DNA of 64,000 bases, taken from contig NC_086099.1 of NCBI RefSeq assembly GCF_963921235.1, forward strand, positions 45,632,001 to 45,696,000. Direction: 5' to 3'. Numbering within the stretch: position 1 is the stretch's first letter; the number at the start of each line of letters is the position of its first letter. A program made the translations under genes and the position numbers. Shown piece after piece: positions 36,329 to 48,162 of the stretch. The DNA is from Mobula hypostoma (Eukaryota). Under the pieces are notes generated by a model, which saw nothing but the letters and a program-made list of their open reading frames with translations, had not been told where the DNA came from and did no database searches.

Positions 36329-38508
36329 TAGTGGTCACCAACCTTTTTAAGCCCAAGATCCCCTACCTCGACCTCAGTGAAAGGCAAGATCTACCTACTA
36401 AATCGTTTAGAGAAAACACAGCTCAGATTGTATTTCCAATTTGAGGCCTTTTATTTGGGCTATTTGCATTTGAATTACACAAAATACTATTGTCAAACTT
36501 TCAAATTAGTTCAAACAAGAAAACCCTGTAACTAGCATATCAAGCAGGCTATAGCTGTCATTCTTTAAGAATATTACAATACTTCACACCTTTAATTCTA
36601 AGTTTCATTATTTAGTTTTATTTCAACACGAAAAATAAATGAATAAAAATTGACTGTTGCACTCAGTGTGAAGACTGGGGCTGAATACTTTCTGCTAGTT
36701 CCCTGAAATTTGGCTCATAACTACAGAAAGCCAGTCTGAGACTGTCTGTGAGGTGTCTGTCAGTAAGAGAACTCCTGTACTTAGATTTATTAATTTTCAT
36801 CTGTGAAAATGCAATTTCACATAGATAAGTTGACCCAAAGTAGGCACTGACTTTTAGTGAACATGTGGTGAGATGAGGAAACTTCTCCCTGCTGACAAGC
36901 CCCCAAAAGTCACCGTCTCTCGATCTTGCTTTAAGCTTGATGTCATTTTGCTTTCTTTCTTTCTTTCTTTCTTTCTTTTTAAATCTTTTTATTGAGTAAG
37001 TATACAAAAAAGGTAAGCCATATAAACATTAATACAATGTTAAAGTATAATAAAATTCCAAAAGATAACAATACCAAAAAGAAAATACTACAAACAATGT
37101 AATTTAAGCATAAGAAACCAAGATAACATAATAGTATACTAGATTTTATATATATCAATGGAAAAAAAGAAAAAAAAAACCCCAAAAAAAAAACCCACCG
37201 TGCAACTAACTAAAAGCAAAGCAAAGCAATGGGCTAACTTGAAACCAAACAGAGTTAAACTTAAAATCACGTCCTCAATCCCGACCTCCATTAAAACAGT
37301 GAAAAAAAAACAAGAAGGGTAAATATTACATTAAATGAAAATAACGAATAAAAGGTCCCCAAATCTGTTCAAATTTAAATGAAGAATCATAAAGGTTACG
37401 TCATTTTGCAAATTAATTATTTCCATTTCAGTATCACTTGGCACACCACATACTTGCTGGAATTTGGCTGCTATCTGTTCTATATCGATCGGCAGAAATG
37501 GGTTTGAAATAAATGCAGCAATATCTTTCATGACACTTAACTCCTCAAAATGCCGATTGAATTCTGTTGCCAGTTTGTCTAGGTGAGCACAGTACTGCTC
37601 AGGGCGAAAAGCATTTTTTTCCTTGATGGCCTGCAACATTTTTTCCAAGTTGGGAAAGTGTGTCAGCCTCCCATCCTTTAAATTTGAAATCCAAACACCG
37701 AGCTTGGCCTTAAATGCATTTACTGCGCTTATCATATGGGTTAGGTGTTGGTCTTTTCCCATGAGCTCTTTGTTAAAAGGCTTCTTGTGTTTAGCCAAAA
37801 GGTGACTTACAGGAATTGATGCTTCAATAGCAGCTTTATTTTGAGCAGCATGTTTTGTGAAAAACGATTGCTGGGCCTTCAACCCCAATTTCAGCTCAAC
37901 TTTCCAGGCACGAATTGCGTTCTTTGGGGGGTAGGTGTCTTTAAATTCTTGGTGGTTGGTGTTGTGGTGCCGCTCCAGATTCCCTCTTTTAGTCAGTGCT
38001 TGTGTTTGGTGGCACAACATACATACACACTTGTCTTTCACCAGGGTAAATAGAAATTCCTCTTCCCATTCTGGATGGAAATTGGATGTTTTTGCCTTCT
38101 TTCCTGGAGCCTCTGCCATGCTAGCTAGGTACCTTGCAGGATATCAGCAGCGAGTGCCGTATATTGATGTTTGCGACAGTCTGTACTCTTATCTAACCTA
38201 ATTGGTCACTTTGATGCAGCATAAGCTCTGCTGAAAATGCGATGCATGGCAGGGGAGCTACGCACACATGCGAGCTGGGCAGAAAGAACGGAACTAAAAC
38301 CCCACAACCCGGAAACAATCTCATGACAAATAGTTTTCAATAGCAAAAATATTGCTATATTACCATTGTCCTAATTAGTATTACTTACTTTTAAAATGCT
38401 CACATTACAACAGTATTTGTGTATTTATTTTTCATTTTTTTTCGGGATCTGCTGGGGAAGTCTCAAAGATCGACCTGTTGATCGCGATCGATGGGTTGGC
38501 AACCCCTA
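36329..38508 (-). mobile_element. hAT (GTF2IRD2/EPM2AIP1-like) transposon with an in-frame internal deletion, nested in L1
   Basis: Imperfect TIRs TAGTGGTCACCAACC and TAGGGGTTGCCAACC. 8-bp TSD TAGTAAAT (36321-36328)/TAGTAAAC (38509-38516). L1 reads QLFT|KWSP across it. BED-like finger CVCMLC...RHHNTNH and dimerisation motif FGSTYLCEIAFS. Confidence 0.93.
36952..37399 (-). mobile_element. Short L1 3' fragment of a second subfamily, nested in the hAT ORF
   Basis: 10-bp TSD GTCATTTTGC at 36942-36951 and 37400-37409. ORF2 end FKFEQIWGPFIRYFHLM*, T-rich 3' UTR and (GAAA)n tail. Confidence 0.9.
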
Positions 38509-39109
38509 TAGTAAACAGTTGTTTAACATGATCAATTAAGGGTAAAAAATTAACTTTAAATAGATCTTTATGCTTCTTAGTAATCTTAACACTTAAGTAA
38601 GTAAAATAATCAGTAACTAATCTAAATGGTGATTGTCTATAAATTGGAACTTGCATATTTAATGGGAAAAGCACACTCTTAGCAAGATTCAGTTTATAAT
38701 CTGAAAAACTGCTAAACTGAGCAAATAGTGTTATTACTGCAGGAGTGGATTTCTCTGGGTTAGAGATATATAGTAACAGGTCATCTGCATATAGTGATAC
38801 TTTATGCGTCTCATTCCCACGAATAATGCCAAATATATTAGGTGAATCATGAATAGCTATTGCCAAGGGCTCCAGGGCAATTTCAAAAAGTAAAGGGCTT
38901 AAAGGACAGCCCTGTCTAGTACTTCGAAATAGCCTAAAAAACGGGGATCTCTGATTATTGGTAAATACAACAGCCAGAGATGTACGAAATATCAATTGAA
39001 TCCAGGATATAAATTTTGAGCTGAAATTAAATTTCTCAAGTATATCAAGTAAATATTCCCATTTAAGTCTGTCAAATACCTTCTGGGCGTCAAGCGAAAT
39101 AACACATTC

Positions 39110-40504
39110 AACAGGAATTCTGCAGATGCTGGAAATTCAAGCAACACACATCAAAGTTGCTGGTGAACGCAGCAGGCCAGGCAGCATCTATAGGAAGAGG
39201 CGCAGTCGACGTTTCAGGCCGAGACCCTTCGTCAGGACTAACTGAAGGAAGAGTGAGTAAGGGATTTGAAAGCTGGAGGGGGAGGGGGAGATGCAAAATG
39301 ATAGGAGAAGACAGGAGGGGGAGGGATGGAGCCGAGAGCTGGACAGGTGATAGGCAGAAGGGGATACGAGAGGATCATGGGACAGGAGGTCCGGGAAGAA
39401 AGACGGGGGGGGGGGTGACCCAGAGGATGGGCAAGAGGTATATTCAGAGGGACAGAGGGAGAAAAAGGAGAGTGAGAGAAAGAATGTGTGCATAAAAAAG
39501 AGTAACAGATGGGGTACGAGGGGGAGGTGGGGCCTAGCGGAAGTTAGAGAAGTCAATGTTCATGCCATCAGGTTGGAGGCTACCCATACGGAATATAAGG
39601 TGTTGTTCCTCCAACCTGAGTGTGGCTTCATCTTTACAGTAGAGGAGGCCGTGGATAGACATGTCAGAATGGGAATGGGATGTGGAATTAAAATGTGTGA
39701 CCACTGGGAGATCCTGCTTTCTCTGGCGGACAGAGCGTAGATGTTCAGCAAAGCGGTCTCCCAGTCTGCGTCGGGTCTCACCAATATATAAAAGGCCACA
39801 TCGGGAGCACCGGACGCAGTATATCACCCCAGTCGAATCACAGGTGAAGTGATGCCTCACCTGGAAGGACTGTTTGGGGCCCTGAATGGTGGTAAGGGAG
39901 GAAGTGTAAGGGCATGTGTAGCACTTGTTCCGCTTACACGGATAAGTGCCAGGAGGGAGATCAGTGGGGAGGGATGGGGGGGGACGAATGGACAAGGGAG
40001 TTGTGTAGGGAGCGAACCCTGCGGAATGCAGAGAGGGGGGGGAGGGAAAGATATGCTTAGTGGTGGGATCCCGTTGGAGGTGGCGGAAGTTACGGAGAAT
40101 AATATGTTGGACCCGGAGGCTGGTGGGGTGGTAGGTGAGGACCAGGGGAACCCTATTCCTAGTGGGGTGGCGGGAGGATGGAGTGAGAGCAGATGTACGT
40201 GAAATGGGGGAGATGCGTTTAAGAGCAGAGTTGATAGTGGAGGAAGGGAAGCCCCTTTCTTTAAAAAATGAAGACATCTCCCTCGTCCTAGAATGAAAAG
40301 CCTCATCTTGAGAGCAGATGCGGCGGAGACGGAGGAATTGCGAGAAGGGGATGGCATTTTTGCAAGAGACAGGGTGAGAAGAGGAATAGTCCAGATAGCT
40401 GTGAGAGTCAGTAGGCTTATAGTAGACATCAGTGGATAAGCTGTCTCCAGAGACAGAGACAGAAAGATCTAGAAAGGGGAGGGAGGTGTCGGAAATGGAC
40501 CAGG
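39110..40504 (-). mobile_element. 5'-truncated Neptune-type Penelope element (RT C-terminus/thumb, Cys linker, GIY-YIG, pseudo-LTR with intact hammerhead at 39203-39240), nested in the L1 RT
   Basis: 10-bp TSD TAACACATTC at 39100-39109 and 40505-40514. Motifs LPFLDL, YYKPTD, SQFLRLRRICS, CKRNKCYTC and GVIYCVRCSRCGLLYIGET. Confidence 0.95.
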
Positions 40505-41357
40505 TAACACATTCTGGAGTTTTAACTGAAGTAGTGTATACAATGTTCATTAGCCTCCTAACATTAAAATGTGAATAACGATTTTTAATAAATCCTGTCT
40601 GATCTTCGGAGACAATTTGTGGTAGTACATTCCCTATTCTAATTTCTAATATTTTGGAAAAGATTTTAGAATCCACATTCAACAAAGATATAGGTCTATA
40701 AGATGCACATTCAGTGGGATCTTTATCTTTTTTAGGAATTAATGAGATAGATGCTTCATAAAAGGATTGTGGTAATTTACCTACAGATAAGGCATCTTTA
40801 AAAATTCTACGTAACCAGGGAGAAAGTACGTCTGAAAAAGATTTATAAAATTCAACTGTATACCCATCCGGGCCAGGTGCTTTACCAGAATTCATCGAAA
40901 AAATTGCTTTCTTTATTTCTTCTTCAGTAATGGGTGCATCTAAAGTTAAACGCTCATCAGCTGGTAATTTCAGAATATTTAGTTTCCTTAAAAATTCATA
41001 CATTATGGTAGGATCATCAGGAAATTCTGATTGATATAAATTGGTATAAAATTCTTGAAAAGGTTTATTAATTTCATCATGGTCAACTGTCAAATTACCA
41101 TCCCGTCTACGAACTTTAATAATGTGACGTTTCGCCAAAGCAGCTTTCAATTGATTAGCCAGTAGTTTACCCGATTTATCACCATGTATGTAAAATTGAC
41201 TCTTAGTTTTAAGTAATTGATTTTCCAATCGGGCTGTTAATAACAAACTATGTTGCATCTGAACTTCAACTCTCTCTTTATTAAGCTCCAAGTTAGGAGC
41301 AACAGAATATTTTTTATCAATTTCGTTAATCTTTATCAGCCAATGTACGTATTTCAC
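39534..41357 (-). pseudogene. 607-aa chimeric ORF: L1 ORF2 N-terminal RT segment fused in frame to the Penelope thumb and GIY-YIG nuclease; lacks the RT catalytic core
   Basis: The junction ...KTPECV|TWSISD... coincides with the TSD at 40505-40514. The YADD motif lies outside it, in ORF 38432-38995. Confidence 0.85.
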
Positions 41358-42744
41358 TATTAATACGTTTTTTCACTCCAACAGAGTATGAAATAATTTG
41401 CCCACGGATTTATACTTTAAAGGTGTCCCATAATATCCCACTAGAAATTTCTTCCGTTGAGTTAGATGAAAAGAAAAATGCCATCTGTTCTTTAATAAAA
41501 TTATCAACATTTAAATTCTGAAGTAAAATAGAATTGAACCGCCTTGTCCATCTTTCTTACTATGCCCCACATAAGGAAGAATTGTGAGGGGGAAAAAATT
41601 AATTTCTGGAATTTTAAATGACTTGTCCAGTTCACCCAGAGGAGATTAAGAGTAAAGTCAAAGCTAAAGTATACTGGCACTTTAACAATAAATTAATGTG
41701 GAAAATAATATTACCATAATCTAAAGTCAGCTGTTCTGCTTTTCCAGCAGCCTTAAATAAAACTTCAAGGATAAATATCAAAATGTTATTCTGAATACTT
41801 TGGTTCTGAAACTAGTCCCAATGATGGGAAAACATCTGATTTACTTATAAAATGCAACTAAACTATATGGGAACAAGATTACATGCTGTTCCCATGCACA
41901 TCTGTGTGGCTCATATACAGTTCCGAGCCGGTTTTCATTGAAATGAGTTTTGTTTTTAATGAGTCTCATTCAGGAAGGGAATTTACATGGAACCAAAACT
42001 CAAGGAAAAATGTTTCAATTTGCTATCTGCAGCATGACTGGAATTGCAGAGAAAGATGTTTGGTGATTATCTAACCATAATTTCATTGAAGTTCATGTGA
42101 CATTGCTGAGTTCAATTTGCATATAATATTTGCTATGATTCATATTTTGAACGTATTTGGCTGCACTGTGCCTTGAGTGATTCAAAGGTCATGCAAAGAA
42201 CTATATGAAGTCTTTGCTGTGGTTTTCATCATCCAAAATTGTAAAACTTGTTGGCTAAGAAGAATAGACTCTGGGTGGGTGTCTCTTCAGGTGGGTTGAG
42301 CAATTGTTCAGTCAATACCAACATACAACAACGTTAATGTAGTAATGTCTTCTCAAGGTATTTCATAGGAGCATTATTATGCAAGGCATCACACCAATTC
42401 TCACAGGACCTTTTCTGGTATAAACAAAAAGAAAAATCTAAGTTTTAAAGTCTGGAAATAGAAAAGGAAAAGAGAAAGGCAGTTGGATTTGGGACAGGAT
42501 TCTCCCAATTGAACCCATGTCATTGGTGCTGGGCTAGTTTGTCCCAGCAATGGTCTGAAGACCATAACTGGAGGTATATAGATTGCTCAGATGTATAAGG
42601 CTATTGGAGGACTCAGCAGATATAGGGACACAAGAAAAGGCTGGGGGGGGGGTGGGGGGGAGGGTTGGAAGGTTTGGAGGGGAAGGTAAGGAAGGGATAA
42701 GAAATTTAAAATAAAGCTGAGATTAGCATTCTATCAATGCACAG

Positions 42745-43230
42745 AAATTGGTAAATTAGTTTATTATTGTCACATGTACTATGGTATGGTGAAAAAATTT
42801 GAATTAATCTTATCATACTAGGGGACCATTTATTAGTCTTGCAACTTCCTTGAGCCTGGTCATTCGTGCTTTCAGGCTCTTGAGTCTTCTACCCAATTGG
42901 GAGGGGGAAGAAGAAACAATATCTGGGGTAGGTGGGGATTTTAATTATGCTGGCTGCTTTACTGAGGTAGCAGAAGTACAGACAGAGCCCATGGAGGGGA
43001 GATTTGTTTCCTTAATGTGTGGAGCAGTGTCCACAACACTCCACTGTTTCTTGAGGTCATGCCAAGCCATGATGAAATCCAGATAGGGCACTTTCTATAA
43101 TGCACAGGTAAAACATTGGTGAGGGCCAAAAGGGATATGTCAAATTTCTTGTGCCTCCTCAGAAAGTAGAAGCACTGATGAACTTTCTTTGCCATGGTGT
43201 CTATGCAGTTGGACAAGGACTTGCTACTGT
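42745..43230 (-). mobile_element. Rex1/Babar-type LINE 3' fragment
   Basis: ORF 42959-43216 (AKKVHQCFYFLRR...LTN). Tail ACCATAGTACATGTGACAATAATAAAC on the minus strand. Confidence 0.7.
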
Positions 43231-44070
43231 GATATCTACTCTAAATCTCATCTGTTGATTTGAGCTATAACACGAGTTCCAAAAGGGTCACAACATGAGA
43301 GAATGATCAACCATGAATTAGAAATAATCAATCTTTGAATATAAAGCAAAGATGGTCACAGTTTGAAAGATTAAGCATCAACAAGATATTGAGAGGAGAG
43401 GAATAACAGAGATACAGCAATAATATGCAAAGATATAACAGAGAACAAAAACTGGTGTTAGAAAAGTTATAAGAGCATATTTGAAAAGAGGAGCACAGAA
43501 AAAGAGGGAAAGGATATTCTAAAATATTACTATGATTGTGTGGGGGGAGGGTTTGAATCAGAATGGGAATTTAATCATAAGTGCAATGCAAACAGCTAAG
43601 ACAGCAGGAGGTGCTTTTCATGGTTACTGTGAAATTAGAGGGGGAGAGAGAAGAAAAATGAGCATTCAAAGTGTGATCTTTAGAAGTTGGACCCAATGGC
43701 ATGACAGGAGGGAAGGAAATTGATGAAGTGGGTAATTGTCAACAGGACTGAAATCATGCACCCCTTGCTATTACTTTTGGAAGTTACAGGATACAAAACA
43801 TGGAAGGGGGAGGTCTGAGTAATTCAGAATGATCTGGGAATATTGTAGTTTTCACAGTTGATGGTGGGAGCCAAAAGTGTTTCCTTTGATCAAATCAAAT
43901 CATGGGGTGAGTGATTACACCTGTTCAAGTCTCCTTCCTTTGGACTTCAGGAAATGGAGGTGAAGAATTAAGTGTGGGGGTTTAATGATGACCAGGACAT
44001 CAACAACAGAGGGGATGCCATGCTTGAGCAAATGAGTAGAGGATTGAAATCCTGAATATTGAGATAAATA

Positions 44071-45682
44071 CAGTGCCTTGAAAATGTATTCAGTCCTCAC
44101 AACTATTTTGACAATTTCCTGTCTGATTTTCTAAATTTAAAATATATTGAAGAAGGATTTTGAGCCAATCTAAAAGATATTGTACAGCAAATCAAATCAA
44201 AAGAAAAATTCCACCAAATTACTAAAAATTAAAAACCAAAGTTGTGAGGATGAAAAAGTATTCATCTCTTTTACTAGGCTTACCAGGCTAACTTTCCTCA
44301 GGTGCAGTTCTCTACATTACCTACCAACTCACCCAATTTGTGATGTAGAAAACTGGAGGATGACCTAATTTCAATTAATTCATAAGAATAAGTACCACCC
44401 ACCACCCCCCTCCACCTCTGTAAGGTCCAACAGTATGGTTGATTTTCAAAGGACCAAACAAAAATAAAGACAAAAGAACATTCAAAACAAGTAAGGAAAA
44501 TGATAATAGCAAAGCACAAATCTGGGGAAGGGTACAAGACTATCTCAAAGGCACTGAAGAGACCTCAGAGGTCACTGCAGTTCATTGTGAAAAGTGGAAA
44601 AAATAGGAAGCCACAGCCACACTGCCCAGGTCAGGCCACCCCTCTAAACTTATTCACCGGAGAAGAATGGCACTTGTAAGAGAGGCTACTATGATGTAAC
44701 AGTCACTCCGAGTGAGTTGCAGAAGTCTGTGGCTGCAACTGGAGATTCAGTTTATGGCACCACAATCTGTAAGGCCTTGTGAAAAAGGATACTATTGGAA
44801 GAATTGCAAGGAAGAAATTCTGGTTGAAAGTAAAGCAAATCCTTACCCGTAAAGACATTGCAAAGTGTCACCTAAAAGATACTGTAAAGATGTGGAAGGA
44901 GATCTTGTGGTTGCATGAGACTAAACTGGCACTTTTTGGCCTCAACACTAAGTGATACATGTGGCTTAAATTGAATACTGGACATCAGCTAGGTAACACA
45001 ATTCACACTCTAAAGTATGGTGGAGGTAGCATCATACGAAGGGGATCCTTTTCAGCAGCAGGGACTGGAAATCTGGCCAGGATTGATGGAAAGACAAATG
45101 CTGCTAAATACAGAGAGATCCCGGATAAAAACAGGCTAGCCTCTGCCAGAAAGCTTAAACTGGGGAGGAAATTCATCTTTGGGCTGGACAATGACCCAAA
45201 GCACACTGACAGGGCTTCAAATAAAGAAAATTGATCTCTTTGAGTGGTCCAGTCAGAATCCTGATATTAACCCAAATGAGCATCTCTGGCAAGGCTTCAA
45301 GATTGCTGCCCACCGCCGCTCCCCAAATAACCTTGCACAGCTTGAGCAATTTTGCAAGGAGGAATGGGCAAACCTTGCTCGTCATGTTGTGCAAAACTAT
45401 TAAAACTTACACAAAAAGACTACTGATTAGTAACAGCTGCGAGAGGTCGTTCAACTAATACTGATCAAAGGGGGATGAATACTTCTGAACTGCTGACTTG
45501 CTAATTTTTAAATTTTTAGTTTTCATGCTTTATAATTTTCCCTATTTTTGGGCTCTACTGTGGAAAAAAAAGGAGCATGTGATTCATAAATAAAAATTCA
45601 GGTAAATTGATCAAAATCCCTCGTTGTAATACTCATTTATGTGAGCAAAGGGTTGTGGGCTGAATATTTTTTCAAGGCATTG
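44071..45682 (+). mobile_element. Near-full-length degenerate Tc1 transposon (IR/DR type)
   Basis: Left TA, right CA. TIRs CAGTGCCTTGAAAATGTATTCAG and CAATGCCTTGAAAAAATATTCAG. Inner repeats at about 44253 and 45470. Transposase remnants KTKEHSKQVRKMIIAKHKSGEGYKTISKAL, LKYGGGSI, DNDPKH and NPDINPNEHLW, with stops and frameshifts. Confidence 0.93.
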
Positions 45683-46099
45683 CAGTAGCTCAAGCAGAGA
45701 TGGTGCTGGGATAAGTGAGGTATGTGTGAAGCAGGAATAGAGACAAATCTACTGACCACATATACATTTACCAGAGATTGAAGATACATCTGTCCTATGG
45801 GAGTGACTACCGGACAATTATTGCAGAAATAATAACTAGAGATACTCTCCATTATATTGTGTGACACTGCTACCGTGCTAATGGATTAGACCCAGATCAA
45901 GCTTGGCTTTGCAAAATTGGGCATCTATGGTGTCCTAGGCCAGGCACAGTAGTAGAAGAGTATCCCAGGACAATCTGTAACCTCACAACTGGCCATAAAT
46001 ATAATTTTACCAGTACCATCAAGCCCTGGACCAACCCTGGTTCACTGAGGAAGGGCTTGCCAGCAGAAACACCAGTGATACGGAGAAATAACATAGAAA

Positions 46100-46640
46100 G
46101 TGAGCAGTTTTGAGCCCCTTACCTAAGAAAGGATTTGCTAGCATTGGAGAAGGTCCAGAGGAGGTTCATGAGAATAATCCCAATATTGAAATGGCTAATG
46201 TATGAGGAGCATTTGATGGCTCTGGGTCTGTACTCGTTGGAGTTTAGAAGACTGGGGGAGGGGGAGGAATTACATTGAAACCTATCAAATATTGAATGGA
46301 TTTGATAGAGTGGATACGAGGAGGGCATTTCCTATGGTGAATGAGTCTAAGACCAGAGGGAACAGCCTCAGAATACAAGGATGTCCCTTTAGATCAGCGA
46401 TGAGGAGGAATTTCTTTAGCGAGCGTGTAGTGAATCTCTGTAATTCATTGCCACAGATGCTGTGGAGGCCAAGTAATTGGGTATATTTAAAGCAGAGGTT
46501 AATAGGTTCTTGATTAGTAAGTGTGTCAAAGGTTAAAGGAGAAGGCAGGAAAATGGGATTGAGAAGGAAAATAAATAAGCCATGATAGAATTGCAGAGCA
46601 GACAAAATTGGCCTAACTCTGCTGTTATGTCTTATGGCCT
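46100..46640 (+). mobile_element. CR1 LINE 3' end
   Basis: SKTRGNSLRI...FFSERVVNL and tail TGTCTTATGG. Confidence 0.85.
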
Positions 46641-47229
46641 TGTAGTCTTAAAAGGCATGAAATGCCCGTGGAAAAACTAATATTAATTGGATTCAAATGG
46701 AAAATACTTAACTGGTTGTCATAATTTTAAGAATGTTAAATGGTTTTGGTTGTTGGATGTCAAAAATTATTCCCATGGTACCATTGCAGGCAATTGCAGG
46801 GCAAGGTTGTAGGCTCAGTCATCTTCAAGGTTTCAACCACAACATTCCATTCTTCATGATATCAGATGTTAACCGATGATTGCAAACTTCCCTTTGTAAG
46901 ACTTTGCAATCCACAAGATTTAAACAACATTTGGACTGACAAGTGGCAAGCAATAATCATATCACACATGTGGCAGGCAAGACCATCTCCCAAAAAAAGA
47001 AAGTCGAAGCACCTGCTATTGACATTCAATAGCATTATTATCACTAAACCTTCACCGTCAATATCCTGGAGTATGTCTTCGGTGAGTAGCTTAACTGGAC
47101 AAATAATGTAAGTGTTCTAGTTAAAAAAAAGCAGTGCATCTTTATCCTAGATCCATTATCTCTCCATCAATCCTCACATGGCAGCTTATTAAATGGGTTT
47201 TTAAGATTTAGATATGTGCTTTATGCCAG

Positions 47230-47640
47230 ACAACCTAGTTGAAATCTTAAAGGTATACTTCTTATCTGTACTCAGGATGGAGAAAGAATATTGTAGTTGG
47301 AAAATTCAGGGAGGTGAACATCAGAATCTTAGAGTAAATTGTCATCAGAAAGGAGAAAGTATGAGATATCTTCATGGGTTTAATGGTGGATAAATTCCCA
47401 GAGCTTGATGAAATGTATTCCATACTGCTGAAGAAGACAATAGACTTGACAGAAACTTTCAAATCTTCTCTGACCACCACAGAAGAGGTGCTTGATGATG
47501 GAATACAGTGAATGTAGCTCTTATTCAAGAAGGGCAGCAGAGGTAAGATATTTAGAACAAACTAGTCGTTATAACATCAGTGGAAATCATTGCAAACATT
47601 TTTGAAAGACCCAATTAATCTGCATTTGTATATGTAGGAA
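47230..47640 (+). mobile_element. Old CR1 RT N-terminal fragment
   Basis: Degenerate match to the CR1 region at 49300-49680. Confidence 0.55.
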
Positions 47641-48162
47641 TTATCAAGAATACTCAATTACTAATGTATTAGTTTCCAACTTCACTGCTTATACTTCTAG
47701 AAAAACTCAAGTAGATTTACCAAATGCTATTTTAATTTATCTGTTGTCATTTCCTTAATAATGGATTCAAGGATTTTCCTGGCAACTGATGTCAGGCTCA
47801 GGGTTCGACAGCATTCAGTGCACTTTCTCTCTTCCCTAAAATAATGGAGTTATATTAGCCTTTTTTCTAGTCACTTGATTTAATTCAGCATATAAACAAC
47901 TTTGAAAGGCCAGTACCAGAAGTGTAAGACAAGAACTCGAAGGAATTTTTTGGTCCAAAATAACTTCTTCAGCATCTTTTGTTCCGTAAGTGTATCACTC
48001 TTCTTAGATCAGCGATTCCTTTTTTATTATATAATTTTTATACTTTTCTATGTACTATATTCCTTTAATGGAAAGCAATATCCTTAATTCCACATTAAAA
48101 TTCAGCTAATTGCTTCCAAGATATTCACTGTACCTTCAATAATCTCCTCCCCTCTTGTACAT

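Larger units (their letters stand above)
34603..41543 (-). mobile_element. 5'-truncated L1-clade LINE (ORF2 linker, RT and C-terminal CCHC, plus 3' UTR) hosting three nested insertions
   Basis: 15-bp TSD TTGTCCATCTTTCTT at 34588-34602 and 41544-41558. ORF2 pieces: 40505-41357 (KAPGPDG, YRPISLLNVD, DQTGFI), 38509-38995 (TRQGCPLSPLLF, LYADD), 35834-36121 and 34948-35703 (CDRC...H...SC). Confidence 0.95.

Noticed and set aside
39534-41357. A new autonomous retroelement with L1-type RT and GIY-YIG nuclease
   Set aside because: The junction is a TSD-flanked Penelope insertion, the RT catalytic motifs are excluded and the L1 is 5'-truncated.
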